From positions 1,344,001 through 1,408,000 of the forward strand of contig CAVYSW010000003.1 of the NCBI GenBank assembly GCA_963771275.1: 64,000 bases of DNA, given 5' to 3'. Both the position numbers and the translations under genes were made by a program. The notes beneath the pieces were generated by a model. That model was not told the origin of the DNA. It saw only the letters and a program-made list of their open reading frames with translations, and did not search any database. The stretch is from an uncultured Gemmatimonadales bacterium (GTDB taxonomy: Bacteria > Gemmatimonadota > Gemmatimonadetes > Gemmatimonadales > GWC2-71-9). Shown here one piece after another: positions 19,570 through 28,959 of the stretch (the stretch's first letter is position 1; every line of letters begins with the position of its first letter).

Positions 19570-20075
19570 TTCCTGTTTGCGTCGCGAGCGAGAAAGTCCG
19601 CGATCTGGTCTCGTGTTTGTCGGGCGCGCGCCGGATCGTTGCCGTCGGTGAACACGGCCACGGTCAGGTCGTCGCGTTGCAGCAGCGCCCCGAAGATCAC
19701 CTGCGAGCGTTCCGCCGAGGATGCATCGCAGGCGAGCATGCCTCGTTCCGCCGCGCTGCGAACGACGGCGGCGTTCAGGGCCTCGTCTCCCGTCGCGGCC
19801 ACGGCGAGCGATGCGCCCTCCAGGTGCTCGACGCGAAACGGCTCCGGCAGCCAGCGCACGCGCCCGGTGTCGACGAGTGCCGCGAGCTCCTCCGAAATGC
19901 GCGGCGCGACGACCGAAACGTGCGCCCCGGCCCGGACCAGCGTCTCGACCTTGCGCGTTCCAACGGGACCGCCCCCCACGACCAAGCAACGGGCGCTCCG
20001 GAGGCGCAGCCCGATCGGGAGAAACCGCAGCGGACCCGCGGTAGGCATGGATCGTCCGGCTTCAGTGCCCGACAT
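19566..20075 (-). CDS. Precorrin-2 dehydrogenase (SirC / CysG N-terminal domain)
   Basis: FLPIGLRL...CLVVGGGPVGTRKVETL, AVAATGD, LTVAVFTDGNDP. The start may be ATG 20048. Confidence 0.85.
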   Translation of the reverse strand: MSGTEAGRSMPTAGPLRFLPIGLRLRSARCLVVGGGPVGTRKVETLVRAGAHVSVVAPRISEELAALVDTGRVRWLPEPFRVEHLEGASLAVAATGDEALNAAVVRSAAERGMLACDASSAERSQVIFGALLQRDDLTVAVFTDGNDPARARQTRDQIADFLARDANRK

Positions 20076-20508
20076 TCAACACGCCGCTCGCCGCGAGCGC
20101 GAGAATCAGGCTCTCCACGACGGCGAACGCGGCGTAGACGAAGTCCCGTTTCCGGAGCAGCGTGGGGACGATCCCCACGTAGCACGCGACCGTGACACCG
20201 GACAGCAGCACGATCCCCGAGAAATTCAGATAGTCACCCTTGTTCAGCACGGCGATCCAGGACCAGCCGGTCACGAGGTGCGCGCGGTGCAAGTGCTCGG
20301 CGTTGATCGTGCTCAGGTAGTCGTGGACGTTCATGCTCCAGTAGGTCGGCAGATCCTCCAGCGGCACGGCCGGCTCGACGACGCCGAAGACGTACAGCGC
20401 GAACGTCACGACGAGGATGGTCAATCCGATGTAGACGCCGGTTTCGAGAATCCGGGCGTAGAGCAGCTGCTCATCCTTGACCACCGGGGCCTTCACGTCT
20501 TCGGACAT
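20062..20508 (-). CDS. DUF1634-like small membrane protein (TauE partner)
   Basis: EQLLYARILE..TM..GWSW...GDYLNF..TM..LAASG. This is the C-terminal part of track ORF 20062..21570; the true start is MSEDVK. Confidence 0.7.
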   Translation of the reverse strand: MSEDVKAPVVKDEQLLYARILETGVYIGLTILVVTFALYVFGVVEPAVPLEDLPTYWSMNVHDYLSTINAEHLHRAHLVTGWSWIAVLNKGDYLNFSGIVLLSGVTVACYVGIVPTLLRKRDFVYAAFAVVESLILALAASGVLNVGH

Positions 20509-20534
20509 CGTGACGTCCCCCCCTGATCGCTCCA

Positions 20535-21518
20535 CTAGATGATGAAGGGCAGACCCAGTCCCTGGGTCGCGGCCTTCGCCCCCGAGAACAACAGCAACGC
20601 GATCACGACCCAGCGAATGAACGCCGGCTTGGCGACCCGCAGAATGCGGACGCCGATGATCGATCCCAGCATGATGCCGATCAGCGACGGAACCACCATC
20701 ATGGGGATCACGCATCCCTTGTTGAGGTAGATCCACGCCGCGGACGTGTCCGTGATGGACAGGAGGAACTTGCTGGTCGCCACGCTGATCTTGAGGGGCG
20801 CGCCGAGCACCAGGTTCAGGACCGGGACGTTTGCCCAGCCCGCGCCGAGGCCGAACATGCCCGCCATCACGCCGATGACGATGAACAGCAGCAGGCCGGT
20901 TGTCGTGCGGTGGATCTTCCAGTTGATGGTCTGCCCCATGCTGGCTTCGCGGTACACGCCGTAGATCTGCAGGGCCGACGACAGCCGGTCGGCGACCGGA
21001 ACCTGTGGGAACTCGGACTTCCTCGCGGCCATCATGATGGCGACGATCGCGAGGATCGTGACGCCCAGCGCCGTCTGCACGACGTCGGTGGGCAGCGCAA
21101 GGCCGATCATGGCGCCGATGATGGCGCAGGTCGAGGCGATCAGCGCCAGCGGCATGGCGAGACGGAGACTCGCCAGGTTCATCCGCAGGAAGCCCGGTCC
21201 CGCGGCGAGCGCGCCGCTCAGCGCCACCAGCAGACCGCACCCGCGGACGAAATCGAGGTGAAACGGGAGAAAGCCGCTGACGATCGGCACGAACAGCACC
21301 CCGCCGCCCACGCCGCCGAGGGCGGCCAGGATCCCCATGAAGAACGTGAGCACGAACAAGACGAGCGGCCAGATCCACCACGACGTCAGGCCGTCCGGCG
21401 CGAGCGTCGTGGCCGGATCGCTCGCGAGCAGCAGCGTGGGGCGCAGCAGCAGCAGGGCCGCCAGGATCGCCGCGGCCGACGCGCAGCCAAGGAGCACGTC
21501 GCGCACCCGAATGCCCAC
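20535..21518 (-). CDS. TauE/SafE sulfite exporter family protein
   Basis: GVGGGVLFVP, AGMFGLGAGWANVPVLNL, PLKISVATS. Confidence 0.88.
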   Translation of the reverse strand: MGIRVRDVLLGCASAAAILAALLLLRPTLLLASDPATTLAPDGLTSWWIWPLVLFVLTFFMGILAALGGVGGGVLFVPIVSGFLPFHLDFVRGCGLLVALSGALAAGPGFLRMNLASLRLAMPLALIASTCAIIGAMIGLALPTDVVQTALGVTILAIVAIMMAARKSEFPQVPVADRLSSALQIYGVYREASMGQTINWKIHRTTTGLLLFIVIGVMAGMFGLGAGWANVPVLNLVLGAPLKISVATSKFLLSITDTSAAWIYLNKGCVIPMMVVPSLIGIMLGSIIGVRILRVAKPAFIRWVVIALLLFSGAKAATQGLGLPFII

Positions 21519-21553
21519 CCGCCATGCCTCCTTGCCCCGCGCGCGCTCGGCGC

Positions 21554-22372
21554 TCAGGGATACGGGTCAAACCACTGGAGCTTCAGCCGCACCGCCGTCA
21601 CACCGGGGACCGAGCGGGCGATCTCGCTGATCCGGTCGCCCGTCTTGCCGGTCGCTCGCAGCGGGGCCGCGCCCGAGACCTCGACCACTCCGTCCTGCGC
21701 TTCGACCTCGAGGCCGTACCCGCGGGTCTCCGGCGCGCTCACGAGCGCGAGCTTGACCCGACAGGCCAGGCGGAAGTCCGTGAGCTGCGCCGCGACGCGG
21801 TCCGTGATCGCGAAGTCCGGCTGCGTGAGCGTAGTCGTGAGCAGTTCGCAGGCGACCGGGATGGACATCATCTCGAGGTTCAGGACCATGTCGTAGAGCG
21901 CCGGGTCCTCGATGTCCTCGCCGTACATCATGCGGACCCACCGCGCCCGCTGTGCGTCGACCCGCCGGACGAACTGCTCGGCCGCGAACCGGTCCATCCC
22001 CTCCGCCTCGACCAGCACGCGCAGCCGCAGCGCGAGCGGGGCGATCAGCCGCACGCGCAACACAGCCGGCAGGCCCTGCAGCAGCAGCTGCCCGGCGAGG
22101 CCGTGGTACACCAGGTTGCCGCCGCCGAGATGCTCGGCCAACGCCGCCTGGACGGCCACGACGTACACGCGCCGGATTGCCGCATGGCGATCCCACAGGC
22201 GCGGCGCCTGCTCCATCTTCTGGGCGAGGCTTTCTTCGGAGACGCCGAGCTCCGCCGCCGCCTGCTGAGCCACCTCCCGCCCCAGCAGCGGATACTGCAG
22301 GCGGTCCGCCAGACATTCGGCCAGCGCCTTCCCGCCGCTCCGGGTGCCCCGACAGATCGTGATGATCGCCAC
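21554..22372 (-). CDS. Cytidylate-kinase-like protein with a C-terminal BON-like domain
   Basis: IITICRGTRSGG, NLVYHG, LRVRLIAP, LYDMVLNL; tail VEAQDGVVEVSG...ARSVPGVTAV. Confidence 0.8.
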   Translation of the reverse strand: MAIITICRGTRSGGKALAECLADRLQYPLLGREVAQQAAAELGVSEESLAQKMEQAPRLWDRHAAIRRVYVVAVQAALAEHLGGGNLVYHGLAGQLLLQGLPAVLRVRLIAPLALRLRVLVEAEGMDRFAAEQFVRRVDAQRARWVRMMYGEDIEDPALYDMVLNLEMMSIPVACELLTTTLTQPDFAITDRVAAQLTDFRLACRVKLALVSAPETRGYGLEVEAQDGVVEVSGAAPLRATGKTGDRISEIARSVPGVTAVRLKLQWFDPYP

Positions 22373-22428
22373 GCGCTAGTCCCCTCGGGGGTCCACCCGG
22401 GTCGGTCGCCGCGGTCGCGCGCGCCGTC

Positions 22429-23082
22429 TCATGGCTGTCCGGCCGTCGCCGCGCGGAGGCGCTCGCGACACTCGGCGGCGAACGTCTGGTGCGCGGTGCG
22501 TACCGCCTCGGTGATTTCGTACTGCGGCTGCCGCGCCAGCGCCGCGATGATCGCGCAGGCGGTGCCAAGCGCGATCTCGCGCAGGTTGATCGTCAGATCG
22601 TAGAGCGACGGAGACGTGACGTCCGCATTGTACATCAGCCTGACCCAGCGCCTGCGGTCCTGGTCGACCCGGCGGATGAAGCGCATGGCCGCCTGCTGAC
22701 TCGTCGCGTGATGCGTGGCGACCAGCGACCGGACCCGCATCTCGAGCGGCGCGATCAAGCGCACGCGCAAAACGCCGGGCAGGCCGCGCAGCAGGAACTG
22801 GCCCGCCAGACCATGGTAGACCAGGTCGCCGCGCGCCACGTGCTCCGCCAACGCCGCCTGGACCCCGACCAGATACCGCTGGCGCTCGGGCGTGCGCAGC
22901 GCCCAGCGGGCGGGCGGCGTCTCCAGCTTGCTGCGCACCGCCTCCTCAGAGGCGCCCAGGGCCCGTGCCGCATCCTGCAGGATCTCGCGGCCGACGCACG
23001 GATACCCGAGGGTCTCGGCGAGGCACTCCGCCACCGCCCGGCCGCCGCTCAGCGTCCCCCGCGAGATGGTGATGATCGGCAC
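22429..23082 (-). CDS. Cytidylate-kinase-like protein
   Basis: GTG start 23082 after GAGGGAG; IITISRGTLSGG, LVYHG, LRVRLIAP, LYDLTINL. Confidence 0.8.
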   Translation of the reverse strand: MPIITISRGTLSGGRAVAECLAETLGYPCVGREILQDAARALGASEEAVRSKLETPPARWALRTPERQRYLVGVQAALAEHVARGDLVYHGLAGQFLLRGLPGVLRVRLIAPLEMRVRSLVATHHATSQQAAMRFIRRVDQDRRRWVRLMYNADVTSPSLYDLTINLREIALGTACAIIAALARQPQYEITEAVRTAHQTFAAECRERLRAATAGQP

Positions 23083-23092
23083 GGATGCTCCC

Positions 23093-24490
23093 TCAGTCCG
23101 GGACGCCGCGGGGCGCCGTGGCCCGGAAGCGCGCGCCGGCCCGCACGACGGCGGGCGCCCAACGCTCGGTCCCCAGCGCGTGCACGTGCGTGTAGGCCGC
23201 CAGCACGTTGCCGCGACACAGCCCGTCTCGCTCGCCGTCGAACCCATGGCCGCGACGCACGCGGAACGCGAAGCGCACGTCCGACGGCGGCGCCGACTGC
23301 ATGTACGTGTAGTGGAACTCGTGGCCGCGGATGGCGTCGCCAACGGAGAAGAAGGGATTGGGCTCCACCGTCTCGAGCACGGCGTAGCCGTGCCCCTGCG
23401 GCTTCGCCCCGAATCCGAACGCCACGGGCAGAATGCCCGTCATCGGGTATTCCCGCTCGTCCATCCGCAGCGTCTCACCGAGGAACACCGCGCCGCCGCA
23501 CTCGGCGTAGACCGGCAGGCCGGCGGCGGCCGACCGGCGGAGCGACGCGCGGAACGGCGCGTTGTCCGCCAGCCTGGGGGCCAGCGTCTCCGGAAAGCCC
23601 CCGCCGATGTACAGCGCGTCCACCTCGGGGAGCCCCGCGTCGCGCAGCGGCGAGATCTCGACCAGCGTCGCGCCGTGCCGGGCAAGCGCTTCGAGGTTCT
23701 CCGGATAGTAGAACTGGAACGCCGCGTCCCGGAACACGCCGACCCGCGCCTCCGCGGAGGGGGGAGCGTCGGCCGTCGGCGCGTCCGGCGGCGTGAGGGC
23801 CGGGGCCGCCTGGGCCAGCTGCCAGATCGCCGGCAGGTCCAGATGGCGCTGCGCCACATCGGCGACCTGCGCGAGGGCGTGTGCCCACTGGTCGTGCTCC
23901 TGCGGCGGCACGAGTCCCAGGTGGCGCTCCGGCAGGAGCGGCCGCGGCATCCGGGGTACGGCGCCGACGACCGGCAGACCGCAGACCTGGCGGATTGCCT
24001 CCCTGAGGACCGCCTCGTGGCGCGGGCCGGCCGTCTGATTCAGCACCACGCCGCGGAGCGGCACCAGCGGGTCGAGCTGCTGGCAGCCGAGCACCACCGC
24101 CGCCACGGTCCGTGTCGCCTTGGTGACGTCGACCACCAGGATGACCGGAGTCTGCAGCAGCTTGGCCAGCTCGGCCGTGCTGACGGTCCCCGCGGCGTCC
24201 GCGCCGTCGAACAGGCCGCGGTTGCCCTCGATGACGGCCGCATCGGCCTGTGCCGCCGCGGCGATGAACGACCGCCGGACGGTCTCGGGGGGCATGAGGA
24301 ACAGATCGAGGTTGCGGCACGGCACGCCAGCCGCCAGCGACAGCCAGGCCGCGTCGATGTAGTCGGGTCCCTTCTTGCAGGGCACCACCGTACGGCCCTG
24401 GCGACGCCAGGCCGTAAGGAGGCCCAGCGAGATCAGCGTCTTGCCGCCGCCTCCCCGCGTGCCCGCGACGAGAACCCGGGGAATGCGCAC
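23093..24490 (-). CDS. dsrN: DsrN, siroheme amidase (CbiA/CobB family)
   Basis: GGGGKT, KKGPDYID, IEGNRGLFDG, PERHLGL, AECGG, GHEFHY; adjacent to dsrABDL. Confidence 0.92.
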   Translation of the reverse strand: MRIPRVLVAGTRGGGGKTLISLGLLTAWRRQGRTVVPCKKGPDYIDAAWLSLAAGVPCRNLDLFLMPPETVRRSFIAAAAQADAAVIEGNRGLFDGADAAGTVSTAELAKLLQTPVILVVDVTKATRTVAAVVLGCQQLDPLVPLRGVVLNQTAGPRHEAVLREAIRQVCGLPVVGAVPRMPRPLLPERHLGLVPPQEHDQWAHALAQVADVAQRHLDLPAIWQLAQAAPALTPPDAPTADAPPSAEARVGVFRDAAFQFYYPENLEALARHGATLVEISPLRDAGLPEVDALYIGGGFPETLAPRLADNAPFRASLRRSAAAGLPVYAECGGAVFLGETLRMDEREYPMTGILPVAFGFGAKPQGHGYAVLETVEPNPFFSVGDAIRGHEFHYTYMQSAPPSDVRFAFRVRRGHGFDGERDGLCRGNVLAAYTHVHALGTERWAPAVVRAGARFRATAPRGVPD

Positions 24491-24494
24491 GGGC

Positions 24495-26177
24495 TCACGC
24501 CATTTCGATGAAGCCGCACGGGCAGATCTCTGCGCACTTGCTGCATCCCGTGCAGTTTCCCAGCTTGAACCCGTACAGCAAGCCCTTCTGCATCGGCTTG
24601 TCGATCGCCTGGTCCTGGCAGTACATCCAGCATTTCTCGCAGTCGAAGCAGTAGCCGCAGCTCATGCAGCGCCGCGACTCGTCGAGCGCCTGCTCCGGCG
24701 TGAGGCCCAGGTTCACTTCCTTGTCCACCGCCTGAAGGCGCTGGCCCACCTCGAGCGCGCTCGGCTCGTTCCGCTCCCGCTTCTCGTAATGATCCAGCAG
24801 CATCCGGTCGGTCCGGATGACCGTCATCTTGTCCTCTTCGAGCGGCTTGCCGAGGAAGCGGCGCTCGATCGCTTCGGCGGCGCGCCGGCCGTGGCCGACG
24901 GCGGTCGTGACGAGGTCGAGCTGGGTCACGTCGCCCCCCGCCCAGATGCCGGCGACCTTCGTCGCCCCCTCCGCATCGACCTGCACCCAGTCCTTGCCCT
25001 CGATGAGCATCTCGAAGCCGCTGAAATCGGGGGCCTGGCTCACGGCAGAAATCACCGCGCTGGCGGGGATCTCGAACTCGGAGCCCTGGATCGGGACGGG
25101 ACGCCGGCGGCCGGAGGAGTCCGGCTCGCCCAGCTCCATGCGGATGCAGCGCATCGCCGTGACCAGAGCGCCTTCCTTCCGGAAGCCGACCGGGGCGGCC
25201 AGGAACTCGATCTTGATCCCCTCCTTGATCGCTTCCTCAACCTCCTCCTTGATGGCCGGCATCTCGGCGAGCGTGCGGCGGTACAGGATCGTCACGTTCG
25301 CGCCGAGCCGCTTGCAGATCCGCGCCGCGTCGATCGCCGTGTCCCCGCCCCCGACGATGATGACGACCACGTCCTTCCCCAGGCTGAGCTGCTCTCCATG
25401 GTGGAAGCGGCTGAGGAAGTCGACGCCCGAGAACACGTTGGGGGCGTCCTCGCCGTCGACGCCCAGGCGCACGCCCTGCTGGGCGCCGAGCGCGACGTAG
25501 ACCGCGTCGTACGACCGCTTCAGCTCGTCGAGGCTCGGCGCCTTCCCGATCTTCGCGCCGCACTTGAGATCGACGCCCAGATCGAGGATCCGCTGGATCT
25601 CGGCGTCGAGCACCGATTCCGGCAGACGGTATCCGGGGATGCCCCACCGCAGCATGCCGCCGGGCTTTTCCAGGGCCTCGAACACCGTCACGCCGTACCC
25701 GCGACGAGCCAGCTGATAGGCGCAGGAGAGGCCGCTGGGGCCGGCGCCGATGATCGCGACCTTCTGCGGTCGCTTGTCGTCGGTCAGCCGCTTGAGCTTG
25801 AGATCGTGTGCGATCCCGAAGTCCCCGATCGCCCGCTCGACCTTGTTGATGCTGACCGCCCCTTCGAGCTCTTTGCGGTTGCACTCGGTCTCGCATGGAG
25901 CCGGGCACACCCGGCCGCACACGGCGGGGAACGGGCTGGTATCCGTGTAGATCTCCCACGCCTGCGCGAATGCCTGGTCGGTCGTCTTTCCCAGGCGCTC
26001 GGCCTGGGCGATCGTGGTGAGAAACTCCCGAATGCGGTTGCCACTCGGACAGGTATGCCGGCAGGGCGGCTTCTTCTCGACGTGCCTCGGCCGGAGCGGC
26101 GACTGCTCGCGCTGGCCGCCCCCGCCGAAGCTCCGCGTCGCGAAGCCCGTCTTCTTCTTCTTCACGATTTTCGCCAC
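24495..26177 (-). CDS. dsrL: DsrL, NAD(P)H-dependent Fe-S flavoprotein (DsrL-2-like, YRR motif)
   Basis: PPC..TCP, CGRVCPAPCE..CNR, IIGAGPSG, VGGGDTA, ILYRRT, C-terminal CMSCGYCFDCEKC and CTGCSKC. GTG start 26177. Confidence 0.9.
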   Translation of the reverse strand: MAKIVKKKKTGFATRSFGGGGQREQSPLRPRHVEKKPPCRHTCPSGNRIREFLTTIAQAERLGKTTDQAFAQAWEIYTDTSPFPAVCGRVCPAPCETECNRKELEGAVSINKVERAIGDFGIAHDLKLKRLTDDKRPQKVAIIGAGPSGLSCAYQLARRGYGVTVFEALEKPGGMLRWGIPGYRLPESVLDAEIQRILDLGVDLKCGAKIGKAPSLDELKRSYDAVYVALGAQQGVRLGVDGEDAPNVFSGVDFLSRFHHGEQLSLGKDVVVIIVGGGDTAIDAARICKRLGANVTILYRRTLAEMPAIKEEVEEAIKEGIKIEFLAAPVGFRKEGALVTAMRCIRMELGEPDSSGRRRPVPIQGSEFEIPASAVISAVSQAPDFSGFEMLIEGKDWVQVDAEGATKVAGIWAGGDVTQLDLVTTAVGHGRRAAEAIERRFLGKPLEEDKMTVIRTDRMLLDHYEKRERNEPSALEVGQRLQAVDKEVNLGLTPEQALDESRRCMSCGYCFDCEKCWMYCQDQAIDKPMQKGLLYGFKLGNCTGCSKCAEICPCGFIEMA

Positions 26178-26222
26178 GGCTCCCTCACCCGGCCCATTCA
26201 AGAGCCCGTTCGGCCGCGCGCA

Positions 26223-26247
26223 CTCCGGGCCGGTGACGGCCCGAGAG
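26223..26247 (-). other. Intergenic stem-loop downstream of dsrD
   Basis: Core CGGGCCG-GTGA-CGGCCCG (26226-26243), extendable with bulges; no U-tract. Confidence 0.45.
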
Positions 26248-26285
26248 CACGCGACGCCTGTCCCGACCCGACTGCGGTCCGAGAC

Positions 26286-26543
26286 TTACTGGGTTTCGCC
26301 TCCCGCAGCCCCTTCGGCGTGCGGGATCTCGATGAAGCTGCCCCCGAAATAGGTGTAGACACACCTGCCGGAGTCGATCAGGATCCGAATGGCGCTCTTG
26401 CACAGCTGCTTGTCACATTCGGCTTCCCCGAACTGCTGGATCATCGCCTTGGTCAAGTCGCCGGCCTTGAACTTCTTCTTGCCCTGATACTCCTTGACCA
26501 TCGCGTACATGGCGTCCGCGACTGCTTCGGTCGTGGCGGCCAT
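26286..26543 (-). CDS. dsrD: DsrD
   Basis: 85 aa directly after dsrB; KKKFKAGDL...KSAIRILIDSGRCVYTYFGGSF winged-helix pattern. Confidence 0.8.
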   Translation of the reverse strand: MAATTEAVADAMYAMVKEYQGKKKFKAGDLTKAMIQQFGEAECDKQLCKSAIRILIDSGRCVYTYFGGSFIEIPHAEGAAGGETQ

Positions 26544-26553
26544 CGTGCACCTC

Positions 26554-27624
26554 CTAGAGTCGAATCTGCGCCGACCGCTTGTAGCTCAGGCCCGCGTACC
26601 TGAAGTCGTCGATGTGCTCCTTCTGGAACTCGATGCCCGTGAGCTTGAAGAAGCGGGGCCAGCCGATGCGCTCGATGAACTCCCCCATCCGCTCAAATTT
26701 CCGCGCGTGCTTGGCCCACACGTCCACGATGTTCCGGACGGCATCGACGACCTCCGGCCAACGCGGCGGGTTGTTCGGCAGGAAGGGAATCGCGAGCTTC
26801 GAGAACCGGGGCTCGACCCGGGCGTTGGAGACCTTGCCGCCCACCCAGATCGAGAGGCCGTCGTTCAGCGGGTCGGCCAGCGGCAGCGCCGGGCAGACCG
26901 AGAAGCAGTTGGCGCAGAACATGCAATTCTCTTCCTCGATCTCGACCGACGGCGCCCCGTCCACGGTCACCGGGCGAATCGCCGCCGTGGGGCAGGACGC
27001 GATGACGTTGGGGATCTCGCAGACCTTGTTCAAGCCGCGCTGCACCCGCGGCGGCCGGCGGTGAATCCCCAGAATCGCGATGTCGGAGCAGTGCACCGCT
27101 CCGCACATGTTGAGGCAGCACGCCAGCGCGATCCGCAGCTTCCCCGGCAGCTCGCGGCTGGTGAAGTGATGACAGAGCTCATCCATCACGCACTTCACCA
27201 CGCCCGACGCGTCGGTCGCGGCGGAGTGGCAGTGCACCCACCCCTGTGTGTGCACCACGTTGGAGATCGTGTTGCCGATGCCGCCCACCGGATGCCCGAG
27301 CTTCTTGAGGTCGGCGATCAGCGGCTCGACCTTGGACTGGTCGGTGAGCAGGAACTCGACGTTGTTGCGGCTGGTGAACCGCAGGTGGCCGCCGCAGTAC
27401 TTGTCGGCCAGGTCCGCGAACGCCCGGATCCGCGTGATGCTCAGCAACCGGGGCGACGCGGCCCGCACCGTGAAGAGCTTGTCGCCGGATTCGGCGACGT
27501 GCACCATCACGCCGGGCTTCAGAATTTCGTGGTACTTCCACGTCCCGTAGTTCTTCTTGATGACGGGTGGAAGAAACTGCTCGTAGTTCGGAGGCCCGAT
27601 ATCGGTAATTCGTTCCGTTGCCAT
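26554..27624 (-). CDS. dsrB: Dissimilatory sulfite reductase beta subunit
   Basis: [59 protein letters not shown]. Confidence 0.98.
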   Translation of the reverse strand: MATERITDIGPPNYEQFLPPVIKKNYGTWKYHEILKPGVMVHVAESGDKLFTVRAASPRLLSITRIRAFADLADKYCGGHLRFTSRNNVEFLLTDQSKVEPLIADLKKLGHPVGGIGNTISNVVHTQGWVHCHSAATDASGVVKCVMDELCHHFTSRELPGKLRIALACCLNMCGAVHCSDIAILGIHRRPPRVQRGLNKVCEIPNVIASCPTAAIRPVTVDGAPSVEIEEENCMFCANCFSVCPALPLADPLNDGLSIWVGGKVSNARVEPRFSKLAIPFLPNNPPRWPEVVDAVRNIVDVWAKHARKFERMGEFIERIGWPRFFKLTGIEFQKEHIDDFRYAGLSYKRSAQIRL

Positions 27625-27690
27625 CTCTCGTTCTCCCAAGCAAATCGTCAATCGTCGGCTGCCTGGACGTATTGGGGCCCAACCGGGGCG

Positions 27691-28911
27691 CTACGGGGCA
27701 GCGGCCTCCTCCTCCTCTTCCTCGCCTTCCTCGAAGTACTCCTCGTAGAAGACGTAGGGGTTCTCTCTGGGGTGGGCGATCATCTCGGGGACCGGCTCCA
27801 GCTCGATCGCCTCGAGGAAGTTGGCCAGACCCACGCGCTGCATGAGCTCCCCAACCCGCTCCCGGTTCTTGCCGTTCTCGCTCCAGAAGTCCCAGATGCG
27901 CCCGACAAGGTCCTTCAGCTCCTGGTAGGGCGGCTCGAGCTTCATGAAGGGAACCAAAACCGACGACAGCAGGGCCCCCTGGACGATCGGGGCCTTGGCG
28001 CCGAGCAGGATGGTGGCGCCGCGATCGATGCCCGGGCGCAGCGCCTTCGGCATGGCGTTGATGCAGTGCATGCACTTGACGCAGTTCTCATCGTCGATCG
28101 TGAGCTTCTTGCCGTCCCATTCCATACAGTGGGTGGGGCAGTGATTGCACACGTCCTTCTGGATGTCGAGCCCCGTCTTGGCCGCGGCCTGCACCTCGGC
28201 CTGGTCGATCCGGATCTGGTCGCGCCACGTGCCGATGATCGACATGTCCGCCCGCGCGATCGACGCCACGCAGTCGTTGGGGCAGCCGGCGCACTTGAAC
28301 TTGAACTTGTACGGGAACGCCGGACGGTGCAGCTCGTCCTGGAACGTGTGGGTCAGGTCGTTGGTGAGGTGCAGCGTGTCGTAGCAGGCCCACTCGCACC
28401 GCGCCGGCCCGACGCAGCCGCTGGGCGTCCGCATGTCGGAGCCCGAGCCGCCGAGGTCGAAGCCCGCCTCGGTCAGCTCCTTGAAGGTCGGCTCGAGCTG
28501 ATCGGTCGTTGTGCCGAGCAGGATGATGTCACCCGTGGAGCCGTGCATGTTGGTGAGACCGGATCCGTGACGCTCCCAGATGTCGCAGATCGTGCGCAGC
28601 GCCTTCGAGGTGTAGAACCAGCCGCTCGGCATGTTCACGCGCAGCGTGTGGAAATGCGCGATCTTGGGAAACTGGTCCGGCAAGTCGTTGTAGCGACCGA
28701 TCACGCCGCCGCCGTACCCCAGCACGCCGACGATCCCGCCGTGCTTCCAGTGGCCCATCTTCTCGTTGTACGACCGCTCGAGGAGCTGCAGCAGTTGCCC
28801 GGCCTGCTCCTTGGTCGCGGCCGCCTCCTTGATCTGCGTGACGAAGCTGGGCCAGGGTCCGGTCTCCAGCTCGTCCAGTAACGGCGTACCGTTGCTACCT
28901 GACTGAGCCAT
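27691..28911 (-). CDS. dsrA: Dissimilatory sulfite reductase alpha subunit
   Basis: [63 protein letters not shown]. Confidence 0.98.
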   Translation of the reverse strand: MAQSGSNGTPLLDELETGPWPSFVTQIKEAAATKEQAGQLLQLLERSYNEKMGHWKHGGIVGVLGYGGGVIGRYNDLPDQFPKIAHFHTLRVNMPSGWFYTSKALRTICDIWERHGSGLTNMHGSTGDIILLGTTTDQLEPTFKELTEAGFDLGGSGSDMRTPSGCVGPARCEWACYDTLHLTNDLTHTFQDELHRPAFPYKFKFKCAGCPNDCVASIARADMSIIGTWRDQIRIDQAEVQAAAKTGLDIQKDVCNHCPTHCMEWDGKKLTIDDENCVKCMHCINAMPKALRPGIDRGATILLGAKAPIVQGALLSSVLVPFMKLEPPYQELKDLVGRIWDFWSENGKNRERVGELMQRVGLANFLEAIELEPVPEMIAHPRENPYVFYEEYFEEGEEEEEEAAAP

Positions 28912-28959
28912 CGGTATCTCCTCTTGCGTGGAATGATGGCGTTTCTGCCGGCGGTCGTT

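Noticed and set aside
19570..19989. N-terminal extension of track ORF 17566..19989, suggesting a larger fusion
   Set aside because: It overlaps sirC in another frame; the ATGA coupling at 19566-19569 marks the real start.
23093..24490. CbiA/CobB plus cbiX and cobA as a cobalamin pathway
   Set aside because: No other cbi/cob genes are present; the position after dsrABDL identifies dsrN and siroheme synthesis.
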